Below are positions 37,332-46,342 of a stretch of DNA of 62,513 bases, piece after piece. The stretch covers positions 1-62,513 of IMG/VR virus record IMGVR_UViG_3300037424_002587; one strand, 5' to 3'. Source of the DNA: a virus. Taxonomy: Duplodnaviria; Caudoviricetes. A program made the position numbers and the translations under genes. Within the stretch, counting starts at the first letter, position 1; each line of letters opens with the position of its first letter. The notes beneath the pieces were generated by a model, which saw only the letters and a list, made by a program, of their open reading frames with translations, ran no database searches and was not told where the DNA came from.

Positions 37332-39698
37332 TTAAAGCTTTACATTCAAACTTAAGGACGATAAACCTTGTTCATATTTTGCAAGATGAATACAATCAAA
37401 ATTATCTAAAGGAATAGGAGCTTCTATTCTACCTTCTGTAGTGCATGTTGAGGGCGAAATAATAATAACAGTTTTGAATTTTGTCTTAAGGAAAGGAATT
37501 AAAAATTCTCCAATTGCTTCTCTACCATTACTATCGATGTTTGCATCTATTTCATCTAATATTATCAGATTGGTTCTTTTTCTTGCATTAATTAAGCCAG
37601 CTAAAGTAGGGATTAAAGCAATAAGAAACCTTTTTTTATAACCCCCATTTAAAAAACGCACATCTTTTTCTGCATGCTCTCCTCGTTTAAAAAGAATATC
37701 CACTGAATTTTCATTTGCATCGACTGTAAAGCTTATTTTCTCATTAAAAATTAAAGGAACAAACATATTAAGTTTTTGTGCAATAAGTTCAGCAACTCTG
37801 GAGACTTGAATCTTTTTAAGGTTTGAGGGCAAATAAGCCTTATAACAGGTATTTACAATTTTTCTAAAAGAATTTAACTTATCTAATGAAGATACTTGTT
37901 TAGCTACTTTCTCTATTTGATATGTATAATCGCTAACTGAAGTTTTTAAAGTAATGAATTCTCGTAAATCTGATGTAAGTGTAGGAATTATTTCATCATA
38001 TAATTCAATTTTTTCAGCAATTTCTTTTTTTATATCTTTTAATCGATCTTTATTTTCAACTATTTTTGGAAGTTCAGTTAACTGAAGTTCTAAAGAAAAC
38101 TTTTCACTACTTCTACCAAATTCTTTTTGCAAATTTTTAAGTTTTTCTTGAATTTTAGGAAATTCTTTTTGAATTATTTTTGCATGAGCTTGATCATACT
38201 TTTTATATATTTCCATTTGCTTTTTAAGTCTTTGTGCTTCTTTAGTACTATTTAATTTACATTTAAAAATTTCTATTTCTTGATCAAGTTGTGTAATATC
38301 AATTTTAACATTGCTTGTATTTTCAATGGATTCCAACACACTGTGATATTTCTGTATTTCATCAATTAACTTCAATTGATGTTGAAATTTCCTATTATCT
38401 ATTTCATGTTGTTTAATAGACGATTCTAATTCAACTATTTCAGAAGAAAGTGTTTTCAATTCTACTTTAATGTGTGTAGAATCCAACAATTGACCACAAC
38501 GCGAACATTTACCTCCATCCTTTGATAATGTGGATAAATCTTTGATAATGCTTTTTTTATCGTTTAAGAGTGAACGTTTTGCAATTAGCTCTTCTATAAC
38601 TTGTTTCGCCAATTGAGGTATATCTTTAGAATCACTTGTAAGATCAACCGAAAGTATATTAATTTTACTTATAAGTTCTTGTCTTTGTTTAAGTTGCCTA
38701 TTTAAAATTTCAGCTTTTCCTCTTTGTTGCACCAAAGAATCCAATTGATCACTTAATTTAAAGATATCTTGATTCACGTAATCCTTTACAATAGAAAAAT
38801 CTTGTAGCAATTTTTCTTTAATTTGCCATTGCTTTAGATACATTTGATAGGTGCTTTGCTTTGATTGCTGCTTTTCAATGTCCGCAGAAATCTCTTCTAA
38901 TTTTCGAACGATTCCATACCTTTGAATTGATAATTGTATATTTTCTTGTGTAGAAAGAGTAGTTAATTTATTTTCAATGGAACATTTAAGAGCGTCTAAT
39001 TTTATTTTATCTTTTTTTGCAATACCCAAGTATTGAGTACAAATATCTATTCTTCTCTCTAACAAATCTAATGAAGGGTATTTCTTTAAATATACCTCCA
39101 ACTGATCCATAATTTCTTGAGCTTTAGCAACATCAGCTAATTGTTCATCTACTTCATCCAATTTATCTTTAAGTTTAGATCTTATTTGATCATAGATATC
39201 AAAACCAAATACTTTGCTTAAATAAGCTAATCTTTCAGATCCTTTTCCATATGCCAAAACATGAAGTCCATCTTGTGATAAATAGTAAAAGCTGCTAAAT
39301 TCTTCGGCAGTAAAAGGCAGTAATCTAGCAATATATCTCTCGGCTTCAGGAATTCCTCCACCAATTCTAAGAGATTCTCCATTCCTTAGAATATTATAAC
39401 CTTCGTATTCAAAATCAAGATTGTCAAAAAATTGACGAATTTCGTAATCTATATCATCAAGTTTAAATTTGACATGTGCATAATACCCAGGATTTGCTAT
39501 TAATTTTCTTTTTCCTTTTGAAGATAAAGGCGTATAGCCAAAAAGTATATTATATAATACATTAAAGGGAACACTTTTTCCTGCACCATTAACTCCACCA
39601 ATATATACAGCACCCTGATCCTTTAAAGGAATTTTAACTAAATTGTTAGTACAATAGGTTGCAGCCTGTTTGAAAGCTAACTCCTGAAACTCTAACAT
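37332..39698 (-). CDS. sbcC: SbcC/Rad50/gp46-like recombination ATPase
   Basis: GVNGAGKS Walker A, LSQ Q-loop, coiled coil with CSRCGQ zinc hook, LNGG signature variant, IILDEIDANID. Confidence 0.9.
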   Translation of the reverse strand: MLEFQELAFKQAATYCTNNLVKIPLKDQGAVYIGGVNGAGKSVPFNVLYNILFGYTPLSSKGKRKLIANPGYYAHVKFKLDDIDYEIRQFFDNLDFEYEGYNILRNGESLRIGGGIPEAERYIARLLPFTAEEFSSFYYLSQDGLHVLAYGKGSERLAYLSKVFGFDIYDQIRSKLKDKLDEVDEQLADVAKAQEIMDQLEVYLKKYPSLDLLERRIDICTQYLGIAKKDKIKLDALKCSIENKLTTLSTQENIQLSIQRYGIVRKLEEISADIEKQQSKQSTYQMYLKQWQIKEKLLQDFSIVKDYVNQDIFKLSDQLDSLVQQRGKAEILNRQLKQRQELISKINILSVDLTSDSKDIPQLAKQVIEELIAKRSLLNDKKSIIKDLSTLSKDGGKCSRCGQLLDSTHIKVELKTLSSEIVELESSIKQHEIDNRKFQHQLKLIDEIQKYHSVLESIENTSNVKIDITQLDQEIEIFKCKLNSTKEAQRLKKQMEIYKKYDQAHAKIIQKEFPKIQEKLKNLQKEFGRSSEKFSLELQLTELPKIVENKDRLKDIKKEIAEKIELYDEIIPTLTSDLREFITLKTSVSDYTYQIEKVAKQVSSLDKLNSFRKIVNTCYKAYLPSNLKKIQVSRVAELIAQKLNMFVPLIFNEKISFTVDANENSVDILFKRGEHAEKDVRFLNGGYKKRFLIALIPTLAGLINARKRTNLIILDEIDANIDSNGREAIGEFLIPFLKTKFKTVIIISPSTCTTEGRIEAPIPLDNFDCIHLAKYEQGLSSLSLNVKL

Positions 39699-39703
39699 TA
39701 TGT

Positions 39704-40069
39704 CTAACCCCTTTCATATTCGAACCCTTCATCTCCTCTATATATCAACAAATGCTTGTCTTCTTTAGCTTTAAATCTTTTTTTAAGATAAGTTAAACCT
39801 TCTAGCAAATTTCTTTCTCCACAAGTGAAAAGATCTATTGCAGCATAACCACGTTCGGGCCAGGTATGAACGGATAAATGTGATTCGGCAATTAATATAT
39901 ACCCACTTACCCCTTGAGGTGCAAATTTATGAAATTTCTGTTGAAGTACATTAACATTTAAAAATTTTGCGGTATCTAATAAAATTGCAGAGACTTTATC
40001 CAAATCGTCCAAAATCTTAAATGGACATCCTATTAACTCCACTATCAAGTGTTTTCCCAATGCATTCAA
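39704..40069 (-). CDS. speD: S-adenosylmethionine decarboxylase proenzyme
   Basis: GKHLIVEL, HKFAPQGVSG..LIAESHLSVHTWPE.GYAAIDLFTCG. Confidence 0.95.
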   Translation of the reverse strand: MNALGKHLIVELIGCPFKILDDLDKVSAILLDTAKFLNVNVLQQKFHKFAPQGVSGYILIAESHLSVHTWPERGYAAIDLFTCGERNLLEGLTYLKKRFKAKEDKHLLIYRGDEGFEYERG

Positions 40070-40724
40070 TGGCCTGCCCTTTCTTTGTAGCTACTAGAAA
40101 ATTAATAATTATCGCGTAAATCTCTTTACACACCTCGGTTAAGTTCCTGTGCGCATCGATCCTCCTTATAATTGAAGACTCTAAACTATTATAGATAGTT
40201 TTTACTTTTTCTAAAAATTCTTTTTTTTCAAAACTAGTTGTTTTAGCCCTATTTTTAATAATACGGGTTAAAGCTGTATCCACATCTATATCAAATAAAA
40301 ATGTTAGATCGGGATTTAATATAACATTTTTGTTTAATTCAAAAATATACTCAGGTGATAAATCAACTCCTTGATAAGCAATGTTAGAATAAAAATATCT
40401 ATCTAATAAAACTATTTTATCTTCACGTAAAGCAGGTAACAAATTTTTATCTCTATTTTCTATTCGATCTTTAACAAATAAATCAGCAACAATTTGAGGA
40501 TCAGGCAGCTTCCCGCCAGAAGAAGCTGCCTCCCTAATCTGTGTCCCAAATATACCATTTGATGGTTCTGCAAAATTTACTACATCAAAACATGCTATAG
40601 ATAACTTTTTAAAAAGATTTTGAATGCAGATGCTTTTCCCGCTACCGTCGATACCTTCAAATACAATTAGATGGCCTGAATATGTTTTCAGATTGTTTAC
40701 CCAAACATTCATTATTAACCCCAT
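40017..40724 (-). CDS. tmk: Thymidylate kinase
   Basis: IVFEGIDGSGKS, EPS, LLDRYFYSNIAYQG, PDLTF. Confidence 0.9.
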   Translation of the reverse strand: MGLIMNVWVNNLKTYSGHLIVFEGIDGSGKSICIQNLFKKLSIACFDVVNFAEPSNGIFGTQIREAASSGGKLPDPQIVADLFVKDRIENRDKNLLPALREDKIVLLDRYFYSNIAYQGVDLSPEYIFELNKNVILNPDLTFLFDIDVDTALTRIIKNRAKTTSFEKKEFLEKVKTIYNSLESSIIRRIDAHRNLTEVCKEIYAIIINFLVATKKGQAIECIGKTLDSGVNRMSI

Positions 40725-41085
40725 CCTCCTCTAAAGAAACCCAACCAGTAGCCTGATTAAGATCGTATTCACATATTTTCCCTTTAAACCACTTTTTACT
40801 ACCGTTTGGCATTTCGGCAAAAGCATATAAATATAAAGCATCTCTATGAGCCAAGGTCAAAATATCACCATTAGTTAACTCTTCATTTTCTTCTTGTGCT
40901 TCAGGCTGAATTTGTTCAACGATTTTTAAGCTTTCTTTAAGATACTTAAATATTCTCTCTGAATCCAAAATTAAATCTTCAATCACAGGTAATGATCTAA
41001 TAGACGAGTGTATTTCACAGTACATACAATATAAATTTATATTTAATGATTCAATTAATTTTTCAATAGTAGTAGTAGTTAACAT
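40657..41085 (-). CDS. Hypothetical protein
   Basis: ORF track; AAGGAG RBS. Confidence 0.55.
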   Translation of the reverse strand: MLTTTTIEKLIESLNINLYCMYCEIHSSIRSLPVIEDLILDSERIFKYLKESLKIVEQIQPEAQEENEELTNGDILTLAHRDALYLYAFAEMPNGSKKWFKGKICEYDLNQATGWVSLEEDGVNNECLGKQSENIFRPSNCI

Positions 41086-41266
41086 AAGAATGTCTCCTTT
41101 TTATACAAATTTTGAATAAAAAAAATCCTTTTTTTAAGACACTCTCGAACCTTAACGCACATCCTTAGTTTTTAAATAGCTGTTTCCCTTTTCTCTCCTG
41201 TTAGTTGTAATTGAGTTATTTGGTGATATATCTGTTCCTTCTAAAAATAAATTAATATCTAAACCT

Positions 41267-41434
41267 TCATTTATTTTTAATACTATCTAAGATAGATTCT
41301 ACTGTTTCATTCGTCGTCTTAAATAATTTTTCTAAGGCTTCACGCAAAAGTTTAGGTTTTGCTTGAAGCTCGTCAAGGCTATCTTTACACTTTTTTAAAT
41401 CACTAATAGATTTTTCTAAATTTACATCACTCAC
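41267..41434 (-). CDS. Small coiled-coil hypothetical protein (55 aa)
   Basis: GAAAGGA RBS plus GTG; MSDVNLEKSISDLKKCKDSLDELQ... Confidence 0.45.
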   Translation of the reverse strand: MSDVNLEKSISDLKKCKDSLDELQAKPKLLREALEKLFKTTNETVESILDSIKNK

Positions 41435-41458
41435 TTAAATATCCTTTCAATATAATAA

Positions 41459-42292
41459 TTAGATTAAATAGGTGCCACACCTTTTGCAATAAGTGGCATC
41501 CGAGTTAGATGCTAACCCACACATTGTACAAATAAGTTTATTCCCTGTAGTGATGGGTTTTTCAACTTCTTCCATTGTTCCTATAAAGCCCCTTAATTGT
41601 AAAGTGATAGTATGAGAAACTTCTTCCAACTCTCCAATACAGGCTTCTATAAATTTCTGATTTGAAATACTTCCTTTTGTAGTAATACCTTCATCAACAT
41701 TTGGAACTACTCCATTACTACTTTGAAAATTAGAGGCCTGAATATCTCTTACTTGCGTAGAATTTATATTATAAGCACTCCCTATGCCTGAAGACGACGA
41801 AAGAGAAACAGTTTCATCAGTCCATGTATAACGTGATGGAGCAACACGTTTAGGCTTAGGATAAGGTGGATAATAAGGTGGATAATAAGACGGATAATAA
41901 TACGTATTACATATAGTGTAATATTCTATACAGTTTCTCTGTTTTTCAAAAGTAAACTCTACACGAATTAATCCATCATCGATCTTATCCCCTCGATACT
42001 CTGCTATTTCAGAAGTCTTCCTAATAAACTTAAATCTATTCCCGGAACTTAAATTCTCAGCAAACCTCTCAATTTCGCGTTCATGTCCTCCATCAAGAAT
42101 ATAAGTACTATTATTTCCAAATATATTTTGACCATCGATGAAAATTTTCACTGAAGCTTTTCTAGTTTCTAGATTCTTTAAAAGAATCGAAAACTCTGAG
42201 TTAAATGGAAGATATACTCCATTTTCTCGTTCTCGTAAAATTTGACGATTACATTTCAATGCAACTACAAAATTATTCTTATGCATAAACAA
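41459..42292 (-). CDS. Phage hypothetical protein with C-terminal zinc ribbon
   Basis: NNFVVALK..ILRE..VYLPF.SEFSILLKN; YYPP repeats; CTMCG...YCKRCGT. Confidence 0.75.
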   Translation of the reverse strand: MFMHKNNFVVALKCNRQILRERENGVYLPFNSEFSILLKNLETRKASVKIFIDGQNIFGNNSTYILDGGHEREIERFAENLSSGNRFKFIRKTSEIAEYRGDKIDDGLIRVEFTFEKQRNCIEYYTICNTYYYPSYYPPYYPPYPKPKRVAPSRYTWTDETVSLSSSSGIGSAYNINSTQVRDIQASNFQSSNGVVPNVDEGITTKGSISNQKFIEACIGELEEVSHTITLQLRGFIGTMEEVEKPITTGNKLICTMCGLASNSDATYCKRCGTYLI

Positions 42293-42304
42293 AATTCTCC
42301 TTTC

Positions 42305-42339
42305 AATCGCCCAACTAACGATTATCTTTTTAAAGTTGG
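42305..42339 (-). promoter_or_regulatory. Candidate H-type pseudoknot abutting the RBS of 41459..42292
   Basis: Minus strand CCAACT...AATCGT-t-AGTTGG-GCGATT-gaaaggag: two interleaved 6-bp stems. Confidence 0.4.
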
Positions 42340-42448
42340 AAAGCTCTATGCCTAAAGAGCTAAAATTTTAAGGCATTAACTACTAAGAGTACATTAAAAT
42401 CTGCGTATTCTTTAAGACACAAAAATTATTTCAGCCATAGCTAAATTC

Positions 42449-42675
42449 GTGAATTACCCATCGTGTCCTACGGATAACTATGGACTTCTAAGTTCTTAGA
42501 ATTCTCTAATGAGAACGCCTCCCTTAGTTTTTGTTTAGAGACCGATTGCATCCCACAACCAGTCTATATTGAAAGTTTCTTAAGTATTTTCTTTAAAGAT
42601 TAACTATCTTCGTTGATCTTTAAAAAATTTAAGAATACTTCTTTCATATTTAATGGGGTTGATTAACCTAGCATT
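42449..42675 (-). ncRNA. Orphan TnpB omega-RNA-like locus within a non-autonomous IS200/IS605 element
   Basis: Minus strand: TTTAT|aatgctaggtt..., a long hairpin, then ctggttgtgggatgcaatcggtctctaaacaaaaactaagggaggcg... (resembles tnpB 3'-end GCGxQSxxKQKxxEA) and a terminal hairpin ending GGGTAATTCAC. No tnpB ORF. Confidence 0.6.
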
Positions 42676-42913
42676 ATAAAAAATAACTTCCATTATTTCG
42701 AGTTTCCTTAGGATATTCTCTAAGTATCTTATCATGTTGAGATACGTTCCATTTTACAATCATGCCATCCTCGGCACAAACAGCATAATTAGCTTCACCA
42801 TAAATTTTAAAATAAAGTACATTCTTCCAATTAAATAAAATAGGTGAATACATTTCTGCTATAATTAGATAATTTTTATTTACAGAAATAAAATCTTGTT
42901 GAGCTTTACACAT
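42674..42913 (-). CDS. Hypothetical protein
   Basis: ORF track; AAGGAG RBS; stop formed at the element junction. Confidence 0.5.
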   Translation of the reverse strand: MCKAQQDFISVNKNYLIIAEMYSPILFNWKNVLYFKIYGEANYAVCAEDGMIVKWNVSQHDKILREYPKETRNNGSYFL

Positions 42914-42924
42914 CTCCTTTTTCC

Positions 42925-43158
42925 TTATAAGGAATAATCGCTTGAGATATCCTGAATAGCTCGAAATACAGCCAAAACGGTATTTCGATCCAAATCTTTA
43001 GCTCCTTCTGACAACTGCTGATAAGGTACCATCAACTCTTCTCCCATCTCACTTTTTCTAGAAAAAATACCTTGATCAAGTTTTGAAATCATCCAAGCTG
43101 TATGAACTTTAGCACTAACTACCTCTACATCTGGCAATTTAATTTTGTTTTCAGGCAT
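42925..43158 (-). CDS. RyR-repeat-like domain protein
   Basis: AKVHTAWM...LMVPYQQLSEGAKDLDR. Confidence 0.65.
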   Translation of the reverse strand: MPENKIKLPDVEVVSAKVHTAWMISKLDQGIFSRKSEMGEELMVPYQQLSEGAKDLDRNTVLAVFRAIQDISSDYSL

Positions 43159-43172
43159 TGTTGTGCTCCTTC

Positions 43173-45374
43173 TTATATTTCTACTTTTTTCTCTTCCAAA
43201 GAAATGCTAAATACCACACCATTTAATTCCATAGAATTATTTTCTCTATTAGAAAACTCATCAAACCATTTTTTACCTAGCACGATAGCAAATTTTGTTC
43301 TTTGAATATCTTTACGTAAAATAGCTAAACATTTTTGGACATCCTCTATTCTAATATCAAGCCAACTCAATTTATTAGCGTCTGAGACATGTTTAACACT
43401 ATTAAAAGTATTCAAAGCTTCTGCAATTAATTCATCACTTATGGTAAGCTTTTTACATGTATCTAATTTCGCTTGTACGATATCTACCTTTGGTAAGCTA
43501 CTTAAACCCTTCATCTTAATATTAAACTCTTTAGCAAAATAAAAATCAGTAGCTTCTACTTTTTCTACTTCTGGATGAAAACCTTTCGTAGTTAATCCCA
43601 TGTTTGCAAGGTATTCTAACTGTTCTGAGGTCAAACTCGCAAATGCACCTGTAATCTTTTGAGGTTTTTCAGGCTCTATTGAGTTTCTTAAAAATTTTAG
43701 TGTTTTCAATTCAGCTTTTAATTCCAATTCTTTATATACTTTAGTAAATAATTCTTTCGCAGAAGTTCTTCCCTCTGCGGTAGCTCTATTCATAATAGGG
43801 ATATTATCGAAATGCACTTCATATATTTCACTTGACTTATATATAGCTTGCTTATCAATTAAACCTTGTTTTTGAAAGATTTCAAAACTCTTTTCAGACA
43901 TGGAAAGAGGTAAACAATTAACATTCAAAAAACCATCCTTTACTAATGTATAATTTCGCCATACAAAAGTTGGAAAAATGTTCTTGATAAAACCTTTTTT
44001 TCTATAATCTTTCTTAAGTTTTACAGCACCTGGAATATTAACTAATACCGAAAGATTAAGTCTACTTTCATTCCATACTAAATTAGAAAATTTACATTTT
44101 ACATCAGATTCTGGTTCAAATATTGGATAGCCTTCTTTAGAAACACTCGGCACTCCAATTCTCTTATAGTTAAAGGCCTTATGTTGTGGATACAAATAAG
44201 CATCATTGTCTTCAAATAATAATTCAAGAGCATCCAATACACAAAATGCATCAATTGGAGGTAAATAGTGGGGATCCCAGCCATTAATAAAACGTTTGGC
44301 GGGCGATTTTACAGCTTCCCCAATTCTACGTTCGGCAGCACCATATTCTTCATTAGTAAATGCGTTTGAAACTACATCAATTAAGGCCTTATCTCCTAAA
44401 ATACTAAGTAATTCTAGTGCTTCATCTGTTTTTGTCTTCTGAACAAGAAGGTAAATGGCTGCGTATATTCCTTTAATAAAGCTTTCAATTTTAGTATCTT
44501 TACCAGTACTTGCTTTTGTCAATTTAACAAGATCTATCACACCTTCAGGTCGCTTACTTGTAAGAGTATATATGTAATTTTTACCTTTCCCGCGTGTTTT
44601 AGTTGGAGTAAATAAGATATAACCTTCTGAATCAACTGAATATATATTAATATCTGTGCCATTTATACCAAAAAGGATATCTCCGGTATTAACATTAACT
44701 TTAATTCGCACTTTACCACTTACATCTTGAACGTTCTTGATAAATTCAGATAATGTAATATTAAATGTTGGTAGATCACTGCTGTGAATTAAGGCACCCC
44801 CCAATGCCTCAGTCATTTGAGCCATTAGTGTTTTGTTGTAGTAATTACCATAGCCTACCAATAAGCTTGCGGTAATTTTACCTTGAATGGCAGAAATTGT
44901 TCTAAAAATATCATTAATTTCTTGTTGATAATTTTGAACAACAGGATAGCCATCTGTAAAAAAACATAGGGCATATCTATTTGAAAAAATGCTTAAATCT
45001 TGAATTACAATAGCAGTATTATCTAATATCTCAGAAAAACAGGTAGTATTTAATGTAGTATTATTCTTACGAATAGCTTGCTTTAATAACTCATAATCCT
45101 CCCCGTCACCTGATATTTTAAAGCCTTTTAATATAAAATTATAACATCCCTCACCACTGAACCAACCAAGAGTAAGGGTATCACCCACAGGAATTTGTTG
45201 CGCCCGTTCTACCAAATCCTCTGTTAATTTCCCTATTAACCCATACATTGATCCACTGCGATCATAAATCCAAATATGATTAGTGGATTCTGACGCACTG
45301 TTATCTTGTTCGGGAGTTAAGTCTACTTCTTCTTGTAGAAGGTATAAATTTGACTTAATATCCAAACATCTCAT
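43173..45374 (-). CDS. von Willebrand factor A domain protein
   Basis: IYDRSGSM (MIDAS DxSxS), FFTDG, VGYG. Confidence 0.8.
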   Translation of the reverse strand: MRCLDIKSNLYLLQEEVDLTPEQDNSASESTNHIWIYDRSGSMYGLIGKLTEDLVERAQQIPVGDTLTLGWFSGEGCYNFILKGFKISGDGEDYELLKQAIRKNNTTLNTTCFSEILDNTAIVIQDLSIFSNRYALCFFTDGYPVVQNYQQEINDIFRTISAIQGKITASLLVGYGNYYNKTLMAQMTEALGGALIHSSDLPTFNITLSEFIKNVQDVSGKVRIKVNVNTGDILFGINGTDINIYSVDSEGYILFTPTKTRGKGKNYIYTLTSKRPEGVIDLVKLTKASTGKDTKIESFIKGIYAAIYLLVQKTKTDEALELLSILGDKALIDVVSNAFTNEEYGAAERRIGEAVKSPAKRFINGWDPHYLPPIDAFCVLDALELLFEDNDAYLYPQHKAFNYKRIGVPSVSKEGYPIFEPESDVKCKFSNLVWNESRLNLSVLVNIPGAVKLKKDYRKKGFIKNIFPTFVWRNYTLVKDGFLNVNCLPLSMSEKSFEIFQKQGLIDKQAIYKSSEIYEVHFDNIPIMNRATAEGRTSAKELFTKVYKELELKAELKTLKFLRNSIEPEKPQKITGAFASLTSEQLEYLANMGLTTKGFHPEVEKVEATDFYFAKEFNIKMKGLSSLPKVDIVQAKLDTCKKLTISDELIAEALNTFNSVKHVSDANKLSWLDIRIEDVQKCLAILRKDIQRTKFAIVLGKKWFDEFSNRENNSMELNGVVFSISLEEKKVEI

Positions 45375-45386
45375 GGAATTCTCCTT

Positions 45387-45641
45387 TTATTTGATTAATT
45401 TATTGAAATTATTAAAACATAACAATCCCATCCCATATCCAATTAATATTAATGCACCAATAGGAGAAAAAATAGTCATAAGAACCACACGAGGATCATA
45501 AATGTCGTTGACCAAATTCATCATTACTTTAAAAACTATTGTTGATAACATTGTCCATGTAATTATAATGAATATCATTGTTAATAAAGTCATCATTTTC
45601 TTTCTGCAGACACACTTAACATTGCAAAGAATATAGACCAC
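45387..45641 (-). CDS. Small membrane protein
   Basis: Two hydrophobic segments; resembles 46129..46338 (F.SPI..LILIGY..G). Confidence 0.55.
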   Translation of the reverse strand: MVYILCNVKCVCRKKMMTLLTMIFIIITWTMLSTIVFKVMMNLVNDIYDPRVVLMTIFSPIGALILIGYGMGLLCFNNFNKLIK

Positions 45642-45734
45642 GATTGCATTAAGTACCTACATAATATTTCTGCATTTGATATCAACACTTCTAACTTCTA
45701 ATTTCAACACTTTCTTACAATCAGGGCGCTTTAT

Positions 45735-45786
45735 AATCTTAGGTTGAGAAAACCCATAGTTGTCGAAGACACTATGGGTGATTCAC
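45735..45786 (+). mobile_element. IS200/IS605-type mini element (52 bp)
   Basis: TTTAT|aatcttaggttgagaaaacccatagttgtcgaagacactatgggtgattcac; supplies the TGA stop of 45783..46043. Confidence 0.8.
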
Positions 45787-46043
45787 ATTCTCTTATTCCA
45801 TAATTCTATTGCAATAAGTGCATCATCTTCGTAGCTGCCTTTGTGAATGGTTCTTGTTCTTGTTCCACATTTTTGACATACAATGATTATGCCATCTTGT
45901 AGAGATATACCTATACTATCCTCTACTTCTTCTATAATTTCTTCTATAATTTCTACTTTAGACAATCCGCCACACATGGGGCAAGATAGCAATTCTCCGT
46001 CATACTTGATATCACACTTATTGCCCCAAAAGTAAACTATCAT
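45783..46043 (-). CDS. Lar-family restriction alleviation-like zinc-finger protein
   Basis: LLSCPMCGG...IVCQKCGTRT...AIELWNKR. Confidence 0.75.
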   Translation of the reverse strand: MIVYFWGNKCDIKYDGELLSCPMCGGLSKVEIIEEIIEEVEDSIGISLQDGIIIVCQKCGTRTRTIHKGSYEDDALIAIELWNKRM

Positions 46044-46128
46044 TTGTTTGCCTCCTTAAGGTTTAACACATCTGGAGGGATTACTGTGGAGGTAGGGGAG
46101 CTCACCTCCTGAAATCCAAAGAATTTGT

Positions 46129-46338
46129 TTATTTTTTAAAAAATTTAACAACTAAAGTACCCAGATAGTACCCAATTAAAATGAATATAGAAATAGGAGC
46201 AAGAAAGGAAAGAACAAATCTTAATTCACTATCTTGATAATTACCTAAAATATGATATATTGTGGCACCCAGAAAGCCCCATACAATTAATATTAACATT
46301 ATTGCAAAGACAAAAATCATTTTGATAATCCTTTCCAA
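46129..46338 (-). CDS. Small membrane protein
   Basis: Two TM-like segments; paralog-like to 45387..45641. Confidence 0.55.
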   Translation of the reverse strand: MERIIKMIFVFAIMLILIVWGFLGATIYHILGNYQDSELRFVLSFLAPISIFILIGYYLGTLVVKFFKK

Positions 46339-46342
46339 AAAA

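Noticed and set aside
46061-46125. tRNA gene
   Set aside because: GC-rich but forms a single stem with no cloverleaf or T-loop GTTC motif. I saw no tRNA or rRNA anywhere in the window.
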